Shown here piece after piece: positions 41,258-51,014 of a DNA stretch of 64,000 nucleotides. Both the position numbers and the translations under genes were made by a program. Origin of the DNA: Smithellaceae bacterium (GTDB lineage: Bacteria; Desulfobacterota; Syntrophia; Syntrophales; Smithellaceae); contig CAXXVL010000002.1 in assembly GCA_963667845.2 (NCBI GenBank), positions 1,664,001 to 1,728,000 on the forward strand, written 5' to 3'. The notes under the pieces are model-generated. The model ran no database searches and was not told where the DNA came from. It saw nothing but the letters and a program-made list of their open reading frames with translations. The first letter of the stretch is position 1; each line of letters begins with the position of its first letter.

Positions 41258-42397
41258 TCAGGGCTGCGGTGAAGCATGGCCGATGCCCAGGGATTCTCCC
41301 AGGAGGCTGAGAATGGAAGTAACACGAGGCATTATATCCTGGACCTCACCGCCCAGAACCATCTGGCAGCCCGGACAATAAAGGCTCAACATATCCGCGC
41401 CGGTCTCACGGGCCTGCCTGAGCCTGGCGTCCCGGAAACTGTATCCCGGCTTTCCTGTTCCTGTGATCGCATAGGCGCCGCAGCATAAGGCGTCGTCCCC
41501 GGTGTTTTTCATTTCGACGACGCTGATGCCGGGGATCGCTTCCAGTATCTTCCGGGGCGAGTCCGAAGCGGGAGTGACTCCGCGGACGAAATGGCACGGG
41601 TCGTGAACCGTGACCGTGGCGTTGACTTCCTTGAGCGGACCCAGTTTGTCGAGTCGGTCGGCGATGAAATCCGTGATGAACGTCCATGACCAATCCGTTT
41701 GCGGATGGTGATGATCGAAAGTCATCTTGCACGTGGGACAGAAGATAACGACTTGCTCGGGGGCGAGGGCGCTGAGCCCTGCGATCAATTTATCGAATTG
41801 CCGGTGGGCGGCCTGGGGCTGTCCGGCCATGAACTGGAACTCTCCGCAGCAATACTCGTAACCGCCCAGGACCCGGACACCGGGATCGATGCGCTCCAGG
41901 ATCTTCAAGGTCGTATGCAGGACTGATCCTTCAATCAGGCCGAAGCAACTGGAGAAAAGAATCGTTTTCACGGGTTCGGGCTTCGGGCTTCCAATGGCCG
42001 TGATCAGCCGGTCCGGTTCGTCGAGGCGTTTCCGGAACGCCGGGACCGCACCTTCGAGGAGCGTTTCTCCCAGACTCATGATGGTCGCCACGCCTTTGGG
42101 CGGCCGATCCCCCAGCTTTTGCAGAATCGCCTTGCCCGTGCCGAAGGTCAGGCCGGGGTTCAGCGCCCGGGGACAGGAAGACAAACAGGTGTTGCAAAAC
42201 AGGCAGGAATAGATTCGCGTGCGGGCCAGTGGTCCGATCTTCCCGTGCCGGAAGAGATCGAGGATTTCTTCCATGATCGCCTGCGGTGAGGCGTCCTTGA
42301 GCTCCGTATGAGCGACCATGGGGCAGACCTCAACGCAAAGGCCGCAGGCCGTGCATTCTTCAGTAAATTGGTTGATCAGGCTTTGGGGATTCAGCAT
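41258..42397 (-). CDS. Fe-S oxidoreductase with 2x[4Fe-4S] ferredoxin motifs and CCG domains (HdrD/GlpC-like)
   Basis: CTACGLCVEVCP, CLFCNTCLSSCP, CCG, CPTC, HDPCH, CCGA, CPGC; ATG start at 42397. Confidence 0.88.
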   Translation of the reverse strand: MLNPQSLINQFTEECTACGLCVEVCPMVAHTELKDASPQAIMEEILDLFRHGKIGPLARTRIYSCLFCNTCLSSCPRALNPGLTFGTGKAILQKLGDRPPKGVATIMSLGETLLEGAVPAFRKRLDEPDRLITAIGSPKPEPVKTILFSSCFGLIEGSVLHTTLKILERIDPGVRVLGGYEYCCGEFQFMAGQPQAAHRQFDKLIAGLSALAPEQVVIFCPTCKMTFDHHHPQTDWSWTFITDFIADRLDKLGPLKEVNATVTVHDPCHFVRGVTPASDSPRKILEAIPGISVVEMKNTGDDALCCGAYAITGTGKPGYSFRDARLRQARETGADMLSLYCPGCQMVLGGEVQDIMPRVTSILSLLGESLGIGHASPQP

Positions 42398-42631
42398 ATG
42401 TCCTCTCTGACTTCTGATGGCAGATCGATCTGCCTTTTCTCCTGACACGTTTGCGCTGTTTTAGCAATTGCCTATCCGCGCTTAAAGCGAAACCGCTTCT
42501 GACATAAGGATGTTTCAAAAAACAAAACCAGCAAACATGACTGCTGCCGGGGGGAAAAGTCCGTTGGCCACCTCATCCTTGCGCACGCGCGTCACGAGAC
42601 GATTCAGGCGGCTTACGGCTTCTCCAAATGC

Positions 42632-43042
42632 TTAAATCACGGCCGTTGCCTCGATTTCCAACAGCATGCTGTCGAAAAAGAGTTTCTTGATCTCCACCAA
42701 GGTGCTTGCCGGGTAATAATCGCCAAAGTATTTTTTGTAAATCTGGCTGCACTCTTTCCCTTTCGCTAAAAAGGTGTCCCGATCCGTACAGTATATCGTC
42801 AATCTTACAATGTCGGTCATCTTGGCACCGCCTACTGCCATGACCTCCTGAATGTTTTGCAGGATCTGTTCATATTGCCGGCAAATATCCCCTTCGCCGA
42901 CCAGGTGTCCCTCAGGGTCCGAAGCCCCCTGACCGGCCGCAAACAGCATCGTTCCACCGGTGGTTTTGACAAGATTGGAATAGCCGCGCGGCTTTTTCCA
43001 GGCAGGCGGATTCAGCACTTCCTTTGAAATTGCATTTCCCAT
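42632..43042 (-). CDS. RidA/YjgF family protein
   Basis: GYS, LFAAGQ, YYPASTLVEI, LLEIEATAV; AAGGAGG RBS. Confidence 0.88.
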   Translation of the reverse strand: MGNAISKEVLNPPAWKKPRGYSNLVKTTGGTMLFAAGQGASDPEGHLVGEGDICRQYEQILQNIQEVMAVGGAKMTDIVRLTIYCTDRDTFLAKGKECSQIYKKYFGDYYPASTLVEIKKLFFDSMLLEIEATAVI

Positions 43043-43180
43043 GATTCTTTTTCCTCCTTAGCTTTTTTTAAGAACTTTTTCGCTTCAGAAAAGATTAGGC
43101 AAATTGTGATGGGATGTCAATGCCCTTGTTCGGATCTGCCGGCGCACCTGACGATGATTTTCCTCGAACGGTGTGGATGC

Positions 43181-43280
43181 AATCAACCACCTCGCAGAAA
43201 GCTGTCGAGGTATGAAATGAACGTCATCATATCGCGGCAAGCTGCGGAGAATTAACGCTCGTCGGGCTTAAGCGGGATTA
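43181..43280 (-). mobile_element. ~100-bp structured repeat, copy B (inverted)
   Basis: Reverse complement TAATCCCGCTTAAGCCCGACGAGCGTTAATTCTCCGCAGCTTGC...GGTGGTTGATT; first 44 nt identical to copy D. Confidence 0.85.
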
Positions 43281-43538
43281 AATAATGTCCTATTTTTGAT
43301 GACGCCATTTTCCAAAACTCTATCGACCCTGTTCACCTTTTACGCATGGACAGTTTTTCATTGACATACAAGCCGGCCTTCTTTACAAATAATGTGAGCA
43401 AACCCAATAGTTGGCCGGATATCCAGCGGGAACATTGCTCCGGGATGAAGATTAATTCGGGCATGCGGGTTGCCGTTGTCGAAGATGGATCAAAATGCCT
43501 CAGCAGACCATTTCAAAATATCAGGAGGGAAAGAAGCG

Positions 43539-44381
43539 ATGAATAGCAAACCGGAATCAGCGCTGATGTTTTTGATCGTGATGGCGGTGCTCATTGCAGG
43601 CTGCGGAAACGAAGACAAGGCCAAAATAAGAAAGTTGTCGGATCTGGAAGGGAAGTCGATTGGGGTAAACGCTATCGGCATCTCCCGGGAGAGCTATGAG
43701 AAAGTTGTCACAGCCAATTTGGGGGTCAAGCCCCGGGATATCGTCTATTTCAACAGACTGGCGGATGCCTCTGCGGCGCTTCTGGCCGGAAAGGTCGATG
43801 CGGTTTACACACTGAGCGTCGTTGCCGACTACTATGCAAAAAGAAATAAGAAGCTCGACATTATTGCCGCAAAACGAAATCCGCAATTCAATGTTGTCAT
43901 GGCCGTACGTAGTGACGACGCCAAGTTGGGAGGAGACGTCAATAAGGCCCTTGCCGCGCTTGAGCAAAACGGCACCTTAAGCAGACTGCGCAAAGATTGG
44001 ATCACCAATTTGCCGCCCGATAACGAACCCGGTGTAAAACAGATCCCGAAAATTCCCGGCGCTAAGACGGTCCATGTCGGGGTATGCGGCGATTTGGTTC
44101 CCATGGACTATGTTGCGGCGGACGGCCGTCCGGCCGGCTATAATGTGGCCTTGCTCACGGAAATCGGGAAGTTGTCGAAAATTAATTTCGAGTTCGTTCC
44201 TCTGGAAAGTCAGGCGAAATTTGCCGCGCTCCAAAGCAAAAAGATCGACGTGATCTTCATTCATCTCTATGTTTCTCAGGTGAATAATAGTCTCCTGGCC
44301 GATGAATATACCAAAAGCAAGTGGACCCTGACCGACCCGTACTTCCAATTTTACGGTTCGTCGTTTTTGGTCAAAAAATGA
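43539..44381 (+). CDS. Amino-acid ABC transporter substrate-binding lipoprotein (SBP family 3, circularly permuted-looking)
   Basis: Lipobox IAG-C; ALLAGKVDA, L..LRKDW, PMDYV..DGRPAGYNVAL, ALQSKKIDV; ATG start at 43539. Confidence 0.82.
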   Translation: MNSKPESALMFLIVMAVLIAGCGNEDKAKIRKLSDLEGKSIGVNAIGISRESYEKVVTANLGVKPRDIVYFNRLADASAALLAGKVDAVYTLSVVADYYAKRNKKLDIIAAKRNPQFNVVMAVRSDDAKLGGDVNKALAALEQNGTLSRLRKDWITNLPPDNEPGVKQIPKIPGAKTVHVGVCGDLVPMDYVAADGRPAGYNVALLTEIGKLSKINFEFVPLESQAKFAALQSKKIDVIFIHLYVSQVNNSLLADEYTKSKWTLTDPYFQFYGSSFLVKK

Positions 44382-44390
44382 GCAGTCCTG

Positions 44391-44489
44391 TAATCGGGCT
44401 CACGCGGGACGAGCGTTAATTCCCTGTCCTTGCTGCGAAACGCTGACGTTCAATTCATACCTCGCGAGCTTGCTGCGAGGTGGTTGATT
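44391..44489 (+). mobile_element. ~100-bp structured repeat, copy C
   Basis: TAATCGGGCTCACGCGGGACGAGCGTTAATT...CTTGCTGCGAGGTGGTTGATT, starting 10 nt after the SBP stop. Confidence 0.85.
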
Positions 44490-44683
44490 CGGGCTGCGAC
44501 GCGTCGGAAAGCCGTGTCAGTTGTCGTGTGATGTCCGTCCTGGAATGAGAAGGTTCGCAAGAGAAAAGAGTTGATAGCCGTCTAAAGAGAGCTCAGGGCC
44601 CGCATCCGTCAAAAGCCGGATTTGAGGAAAGTCAGGCGATTCCGGCGGTGATTTGACCTCGCTCTTCGGGAGCAAACTAAAAC

Positions 44684-45364
44684 ATGGACAGCTTCTTTGA
44701 ATCCGTGGCCGATTCCATTCGGGCTAATCTGCTGGCGGGGAATTCTTATCTGACCATTCTGGAAGGGCTCGGGGTGACCTTGATCATCTCCGCCCTCGGA
44801 ATATTGTTCGGCACGATCTGGGGGGCCGTCCTGTGTTCACTCGCGATGTCCCGAATCAAAATCTTCCAAAAAACCGCGCGGGGGATTATCGCCGTCCTGC
44901 GCGGCAGTCCGGTTCTGCTGATTCTGATGATTCTCTATTATGTTGTTTTTGCGGCGAGCCGAATCAATCCGGTGATCATTGCGGTGATCGGATTTGCACT
45001 CAACAGCGGCGCCCATATTGCCGAGGTCATGCGTTCGGCTCTCACGGCGGTGGATCAAAAGCAGATCGAAGCCGCCCGGATGCTGGGCTTCTCGCGCCTC
45101 AACGCGTTCCTGGCCGTTACCTTGCCTCAGGCGGGAAGGGTCGCCAAACCGGTTTATCAGAATGCCGTCATCAATCTCATCCAGTGGACCTCCGTCGTGG
45201 GGTATATCACGATCACGGACCTGACCCGGACCGTGAATAACATCGGCGCCAGAACGGGCGATCCTTTCTTTGCGCTTTTTCTGGCGGTTTTGATTTACCT
45301 GGGAATATCGTATCTCGTATACTTCCTGTTTTCTCTCGGAGAAAAGCGAGGTGACGCGGCATGA
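44684..45364 (+). CDS. Polar amino-acid ABC transporter permease
   Basis: GLGVTL, LRGSPVL, AHIAEVMRS, QIEAARMLG (EAA motif), TSVVGYI. Confidence 0.92.
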   Translation: MDSFFESVADSIRANLLAGNSYLTILEGLGVTLIISALGILFGTIWGAVLCSLAMSRIKIFQKTARGIIAVLRGSPVLLILMILYYVVFAASRINPVIIAVIGFALNSGAHIAEVMRSALTAVDQKQIEAARMLGFSRLNAFLAVTLPQAGRVAKPVYQNAVINLIQWTSVVGYITITDLTRTVNNIGARTGDPFFALFLAVLIYLGISYLVYFLFSLGEKRGDAA

Positions 45365-46461
45365 TCCTTGTCGAGGGTTTAAGTAAACGGTTCGGAGATC
45401 TCGTCGTATTGAAAGACGTAAATGTCCACATCCGGAAAGGGGAGTGCGTCGCCTTCATCGGGCCATCCGGAGCGGGCAAGAGTGTATTCCTCCGCAGCCT
45501 GGCGATGCTAACGCGTCCGGAGAATGGGCGGATCTTCATCAACGGCACCGATATCACCCGGAAGGGTACCGATCTGAACCGTGTCCGGGAAAAGATGGGG
45601 ATGGTCTATCAGGGATTTCATTTATTCCAGCATTTAAACGTGCTGGACAACATTACGCTTGCGCCGCGCTGGGTCAAAAAACAAAGCAGGGAAAGAGCGC
45701 AAGAGAAGGCCCGGGAACTGCTCTCCCTGGTTGGCCTCACCCAGAGAGCCGAGAGCTATCCGCGTGAACTCTCCGGCGGACAACAGCAGAGGATTGCCAT
45801 TGCCCGGTGCCTGGCGATGGAACCGGAAATCATGCTGCTGGATGAACCGACCTCGGCGCTCGACCCCACCATGACCCGTGAGGTGCTGGTGATTATCCGC
45901 AAACTGATCAAAATGGATCTGACGCTGCTCATTGTCACCCACGAAATGAACTTCGCCCGCGAGGCGGCGCAGCGGGTCCTCTATGTGGACGAAGGCGGAA
46001 TTTACGAAGAAGGGACCGCTGCCGATATTTTTGAGCATCCGCAAAAGGAAAAAACCCGGGCTTTCATAACGAGGCTTTCGACCTTCAATTACGAAATCCA
46101 CTCCCGTGATTTTGACATGGTGAGCATGAATGCCCAGATCGAGGTTTTCTGTTTAAAATATCACATGACGTCGAAACAGATTTCCCGGATTCAGCTCGTC
46201 CTCGAAGAACTCATTATGGAAATATTCAAATCCTGCTGCGCGGACAGGCAGCCGGACATGGCGTTTACGATTGCCTATGCCCAAGAGGCAGATGAAATAT
46301 CCATAGGCCTGACGTACCGGGGAGAGAATTTTGATCCCTTCCGTTATGCGGATGCCAAAGACGATCTCGATCATCTGGGGATGGTCATTGTCGGCAACAT
46401 GGTGAAGGGGCGCCAGCATTCATTTACCGACGGCCGAAACCGGATCAGTCTTAAATTTTAA
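45361..46461 (+). CDS. Amino-acid ABC ATPase (GlnQ-like) with C-terminal degenerate GHKL/RsbW-like extension
   Basis: GPSGAGKS, LSGGQQQR, DEPTSALDP, VTHE; extra ~125 aa with LVLEELIMEI, YRGENFDP, HLGMVIV, GRNRI. Confidence 0.88.
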   Translation: MILVEGLSKRFGDLVVLKDVNVHIRKGECVAFIGPSGAGKSVFLRSLAMLTRPENGRIFINGTDITRKGTDLNRVREKMGMVYQGFHLFQHLNVLDNITLAPRWVKKQSRERAQEKARELLSLVGLTQRAESYPRELSGGQQQRIAIARCLAMEPEIMLLDEPTSALDPTMTREVLVIIRKLIKMDLTLLIVTHEMNFAREAAQRVLYVDEGGIYEEGTAADIFEHPQKEKTRAFITRLSTFNYEIHSRDFDMVSMNAQIEVFCLKYHMTSKQISRIQLVLEELIMEIFKSCCADRQPDMAFTIAYAQEADEISIGLTYRGENFDPFRYADAKDDLDHLGMVIVGNMVKGRQHSFTDGRNRISLKF

Positions 46462-46555
46462 TCCCGCTTAAGCCCGACGAGCGTTAATTCTCCGCAGCTT
46501 GCTGCGATAGAATAACGTTCCTTTCATACCCCGACAGCTTGCTCGGGTGGTTGAT
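46459..46555 (+). mobile_element. ~100-bp structured repeat, copy D
   Basis: Begins at the ATPase TAA stop codon; TAATCCCGCTTAAGCCCGAC...GGTGGTTGAT. Confidence 0.85.
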
Positions 46556-46631
46556 AGCCGGATAATAATTCGGAACGGATCATCGGAGGGGATTGCGGAT
46601 TGGGGTCGCGGCGGAAATGACGGCCCGTTTC

Positions 46632-47984
46632 CTACAGCTTAAGGAAATCCTTCGCATTGCCGTGCAGCAGCTTATCCGTAAACGGCGTATAGAAGTTGAA
46701 GTATTTGGTTAGCCCGCCGAGTTTGGCGTCCATCATGATCATGATGTAGTCCGTGCCGAACATCAGTTTGCTCCGCAGGCACTCATTTTGACGAATGACC
46801 TCCAGAATCTTTCCGGGCAGCTCTTTTTTCGCATGGTAAGATATATCCGTATAGACCAAGGCGTGATTCCGGATCATGGCGATGATGTCCTTCATCCAGG
46901 CTGTCTCGTTTGCTGCCAGCTGGTCACCGCCGCCGAAATGGGCGAAGTTGATGCGCAGGTTCGGAAACCGGGTTAAGACCGGCAGCCATTTTTCGGGCGC
47001 GGTGTAAAAGCGGCTCTTGTTGCCCCAAAGCGATTGGAAATCCTCCCAGTGATTATCTCCGGCCCAGCTTCGGACATAATTCTTTCCCCGGAAATTCTGC
47101 ATGCCGCCAGGCGAGCAGTGCAGCGTGATCGGGATATCAAATTTTTCGCAATATTCAAAAACCGGCTCCAGGTTCGGATGTGTCGGCAGATAACCCAGCG
47201 GCGGATAAATCTTGACGCCCTTAAAGACTCCTTTGCCTTTGTTAATCTTCATCTCGACAAGTTTCATGATGCCGATCCGTCTGGGGTCCACGGCCAGAAA
47301 CGGCTGCACCTGTCGGGGATATTTTCCGGCAAGCGCTTCCAGTTCCAGCATGTGTTTTTTGTAGCCAGGCGTTAGTTCGATTCCGTCATAGGGATCGGCG
47401 CCCCGGCGCAGTTTAAGGGGAGCGGCCAATAGTTCTTTTTTGGCGCCGTCGAAGACGGTGGTAAGTGTCCGGTCGGAAGATAATTGTCTTCTCGTTTTCG
47501 GCTGCTTGCGGATGTTCTCCGACACGAGACTCCGGATCATGGCGAAGTGTGCGTCAAAGTCTTCTTTCTGATTTTCGGATATGGCAAACGCTGCGATCTT
47601 CGGCGCGCCGCGGCCCGTTCTGCGCGAGGCTGTCTCTTCATCGGCGTTGTCGGAGAGCGCAAAATAAATGTCCATCATGAGCGGCGTCACCGCGAGCGAT
47701 GCGTCTTTGCCGGGCGAGCTTGCGTGAAAGCAATTCCTCGCCGTGTTAAAATTCCCTTCGCAATCCACTAAACTGACGTTCAGAAGCTTTGCGATCCAGG
47801 CGGCAAATTCTTTGACCCCGTCCAATTCTTTACCCGGTTCCCTGACGGCCTTTGTTTTGGCCGCGCCTTCTTCATGCGGGTAATTGCCCCGCAGATGATT
47901 CCACGTCGCGGCAGCAAGTTCCATCACGGCATACCGGGCATTGAAAAGATGGCAATGAACATCGATGACTTGCTTCGGGGCCAT
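46632..47984 (-). CDS. Amidohydrolase family protein
   Basis: IDVHCH, AVDPRR, KIYPPLGY, LHCS, AHFGG, YTDIS, FGTDY. Confidence 0.85.
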   Translation of the reverse strand: MAPKQVIDVHCHLFNARYAVMELAAATWNHLRGNYPHEEGAAKTKAVREPGKELDGVKEFAAWIAKLLNVSLVDCEGNFNTARNCFHASSPGKDASLAVTPLMMDIYFALSDNADEETASRRTGRGAPKIAAFAISENQKEDFDAHFAMIRSLVSENIRKQPKTRRQLSSDRTLTTVFDGAKKELLAAPLKLRRGADPYDGIELTPGYKKHMLELEALAGKYPRQVQPFLAVDPRRIGIMKLVEMKINKGKGVFKGVKIYPPLGYLPTHPNLEPVFEYCEKFDIPITLHCSPGGMQNFRGKNYVRSWAGDNHWEDFQSLWGNKSRFYTAPEKWLPVLTRFPNLRINFAHFGGGDQLAANETAWMKDIIAMIRNHALVYTDISYHAKKELPGKILEVIRQNECLRSKLMFGTDYIMIMMDAKLGGLTKYFNFYTPFTDKLLHGNAKDFLKL

Positions 47985-48115
47985 GATATTCTCCTTTCAG
48001 AGGTGCAGGCAAGGTTGTTTAAGGGTTATGTATATAATATCAGAATGTTAGAAGTAGTCAATCGTAATATTGTGTGATAGAAAGACCTCACGTAAAAATC
48101 ACGAGCCCAGCCGGG

Positions 48116-48144
48116 GGAACAAAAACCTTGTTGCGAATGTCTAA
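48116..48144 (+). promoter_or_regulatory. ECF-type (sigmaE-like) autoregulatory promoter
   Basis: GGAACAA-16 nt-GTCTAA immediately before the ECF sigma gene. Confidence 0.6.
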
Positions 48145-48151
48145 ACCCATA

Positions 48152-48757
48152 GTGAACAAAAACGCGCCGCCGGCCGACGACGATCTCTCGTACGTTGCGG
48201 CCTGCCAAAAGGGCGATACGGAGGCATTTTCCGTTCTGGTCGAAAGGCATTCAAAAAAAATGCTCAACATCGCCTACCGGATGCTGGGCGATTACGACGA
48301 GGCGTGCGACGTGACCCAGGAGGCATTCCTGGCTGCTTTCCGGGCCATCGAACGGTTTAAGGCGGAAGCGAAATTTTCCACGTGGCTGTACCGGATCGTT
48401 GTTAACCATACGAAGAACAGGCTCCAGCAACGTCAGAGCCATTCGCTGCGCGAAGGGGTGTCGCTTGACGATCCCGCGCGGGAGCGTGCAGAATGCGCTG
48501 TTTGCGATACGGGATCGTGCGGCGGCGATCCGGGTGAACTCCTCGAACGCCGGGAGCTCGAAGCGCAGGTGCAAAAATGCATTTCGGCCCTCGATGGCGA
48601 TTATCGGGAAGTCCTCGTCATGCGGGACATCCAGGGGTTTGCGTATGACGAAATCCGGGATATTTTACAGATACCCGACGGGACCGTAAAGTCGCGGCTC
48701 TCCCGCGCGCGGCTGGCGATGAAGGATTGCCTCAAGAAGATCATAGGTGAGTTATGA
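48152..48757 (+). CDS. ECF RNA polymerase sigma factor
   Basis: DVTQEAF, FSTWLYRIVVN, YDEI..IL..P.GTVKSRLSRAR; start uncertain (GTG 48152 or ATG 48137). Confidence 0.92.
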   Translation: MNKNAPPADDDLSYVAACQKGDTEAFSVLVERHSKKMLNIAYRMLGDYDEACDVTQEAFLAAFRAIERFKAEAKFSTWLYRIVVNHTKNRLQQRQSHSLREGVSLDDPARERAECAVCDTGSCGGDPGELLERRELEAQVQKCISALDGDYREVLVMRDIQGFAYDEIRDILQIPDGTVKSRLSRARLAMKDCLKKIIGEL

Positions 48758-49815
48758 AAGAATGTCGGGACATTGAGCATCTCCTGTCACTTTACCCGGA
48801 GGGCATTTTAACGGATGCGGAAAAGCAAGCCGTCGCAGAGCATCTGGCGGAGTGCGCGGCGTGCCGCAAAGAGTTGGCGTGTCTGCAAAAAGCCGGTCAA
48901 CTGGTCGATCAGCTTCCGCCCGTGGAGGTCCCGCCGTGGTTTGAGCAAAAAATCATGGCCCGGGTGCGCCAGGAGGCGGATAAGAAGAAGTCTGCAAGAA
49001 GATGGTTTTATCCGCTCGGGTTCAGGATTCCTGTCCAGATTGCGGCGACCCTGGTCATCGCCGTGCTCGCCGTCTACATTTACCGGTCCGGCAACGAGCA
49101 GGTGAAAGAGATCTTGCCGGGCGCTCCAAAACCCGCGGTGGAAATGCAAAAAGAGACACCGGCGCAGCTGCGCGACTCCGCGGAAAAGGTTTTGCCGCGG
49201 CGCCTGCCCGAAAGAAAAGCTGTCCTCCGGAAAGAGAAGAAAGAGGATAAGCAAGTAACCGGCGGTGCGGACTTGAGTGACAAGATGCAAAAATCAGAGG
49301 TGCCGGAGAGCAAACCCGGCGCCTCTTATAAGGCTGATGCCGCCAGAGCGAAATCGCTGGCCGAAAGCGAAGAGACGGCCGCGGGATCGCTTCGGGCCCC
49401 GCAAAATGAACCGGAAGCCGCAAAAGCAGAGGTAGCGCGGGACCAAAAAGCTGCGGACCATGCCCTGCCGGCCCAGGCAAGGAAGAAGGAGTCGTACAAA
49501 ACGGCGGCACCCGCCGCTGCTCCGCCGATTACGGCCTCCGTGAATGTGGCTCCCGAGGCCGTGGCTTCAGTCAAGGTTCATGATCCCGATGCCGCCCGGT
49601 TGGAAGTGGAGAAAATTCTTGCCGGATACGGCGCCGGGAATATTTCGCGGCAGCCGACCGAAGACGGCGTGACGATCCGCGCCCGGGTGCAAGGCAAACA
49701 CTGGAAAGACATTCTCGCGAAATTAAAAGCGACGGGGCCGGTGCAGGAAAAGATAACACCCGCCGATCCCGGAGACCGCGCCATCAGCGTGATGATCGAA
49801 ATTTCAGGCCAGTGA
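48754..49815 (+). CDS. Zinc-finger (HxxxCxxC) transmembrane anti-sigma factor
   Basis: C...HLAECAAC, one TM helix, low-complexity periplasmic linker; overlaps the sigma gene stop. Confidence 0.85.
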   Translation: MKECRDIEHLLSLYPEGILTDAEKQAVAEHLAECAACRKELACLQKAGQLVDQLPPVEVPPWFEQKIMARVRQEADKKKSARRWFYPLGFRIPVQIAATLVIAVLAVYIYRSGNEQVKEILPGAPKPAVEMQKETPAQLRDSAEKVLPRRLPERKAVLRKEKKEDKQVTGGADLSDKMQKSEVPESKPGASYKADAARAKSLAESEETAAGSLRAPQNEPEAAKAEVARDQKAADHALPAQARKKESYKTAAPAAAPPITASVNVAPEAVASVKVHDPDAARLEVEKILAGYGAGNISRQPTEDGVTIRARVQGKHWKDILAKLKATGPVQEKITPADPGDRAISVMIEISGQ

Positions 49816-49893
49816 CGGATGGGATAAGATGAGATTGCCAAAGCTCTAATCTGCGGGCGGTCTCACGACGGTTGGCTTTACCGGGGACCGACC

Positions 49894-50841
49894 TCAAGCT
49901 CCCTTGGTTTCCCCTATTTTTTGTGCTTTTAAAAAGCGCCTGGCGAAACGGGACAACCGCCGGGACACGGGAAGAGATTCGTTGATCTCTTTCAGGGAAT
50001 CCCGGGCGGCAATCTCTCCGCTCCTGATGAGATTGTGCGACCGGCTGAAGTCCGTCCAGTGCAGGTCTCCTACGTCCGGCCGGATGACGATATCGGCATT
50101 TTGAAGCTCGGCGGCTTCCAGGGCATTGGCCGTAATTTCGCCGGCCCGGTATAAAACATCTTTGGCCGTTTCGATGCCGGCATCGGCCGGCAAATCACGA
50201 TCCACCATGACGGCGATAACGACATCCGCTCCGGCCTGGCGCGCGGCATGGACGGGAACAAGACTGGTCACGCCTCCGTCGGCCAGAAGGCACTGGTCCA
50301 GGCGGACAGGTTCACAGGCGCCGGGAACGGAACTGCTTGCGAGGACGGCCTGACGCAGCGGCCCTTCGCTCAGAACCACCTGTTTACCGGTGATGAGGTC
50401 CGTGGTCACGGCGTAAAAGGGAATGCGGGTGTGGCGGATATCCACGTCGGGAAGAAGGTAATTGACGAGGGACTGAAAATCTTCAGTTGGAAGGATCGAA
50501 GGTTTGAATAAAGCCCGCGCCAGATAATATTGATTTCTCGTGAAGTTTTGTATCTTCTGGAAAAGAGTTTTCGGTCCCGGTGAAAACGACAGGCCGATGG
50601 ACTTGATGGCCGATTCCGCAAATTCGGGACTCTTCAGGTAGGCATCCACTTTTTCCGATATTTGCCGCGTCGTCAGGCCGGCCGCATAAGCGCCGCCGAT
50701 CAGTGCGCCGGCGCTGGTTCCCACGATGAGGTCAATGTCAATGCCTTCCTCGGCGAGAACATTGAGGACGCCGATATGAGCCAGGCCGCGTACACCGCCG
50801 CCGCCGAGCGCGAGGCCAACTTTCTTTCCGGTCCATTTCAT
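49894..50841 (-). CDS. Patatin-like phospholipase (RssA/NTE family)
   Basis: GGGGVRG, GTSAG, DGG; ATG start at 50841. Confidence 0.92.
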   Translation of the reverse strand: MKWTGKKVGLALGGGGVRGLAHIGVLNVLAEEGIDIDLIVGTSAGALIGGAYAAGLTTRQISEKVDAYLKSPEFAESAIKSIGLSFSPGPKTLFQKIQNFTRNQYYLARALFKPSILPTEDFQSLVNYLLPDVDIRHTRIPFYAVTTDLITGKQVVLSEGPLRQAVLASSSVPGACEPVRLDQCLLADGGVTSLVPVHAARQAGADVVIAVMVDRDLPADAGIETAKDVLYRAGEITANALEAAELQNADIVIRPDVGDLHWTDFSRSHNLIRSGEIAARDSLKEINESLPVSRRLSRFARRFLKAQKIGETKGA

Positions 50842-51014
50842 GATCAGCCGCTCCATCAGAATTCGGGAATAAAAAGATGTCGGCATCTTACCAATACGTG
50901 ATCGGACTGTCAATCATCCAAGATGGATCGGCAGCCGATCATCGGAAATCAATTGCCCCGGCAACGATGACGCGGAGGAAACGATATCGTTGCAGGCGTC
51001 CGGCGATCATGCAG

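Noticed and set aside
44624..44633. GAGGAAAGTC resembling the RNase P RNA conserved motif
   Set aside because: Only 10 nt match, the permease starts 50 nt later, and no other rnpB motifs are present.
49831..49840. GAGATTGCCA as another CGTC-type REP
   Set aside because: Only a 10-nt fragment with no partner arm.
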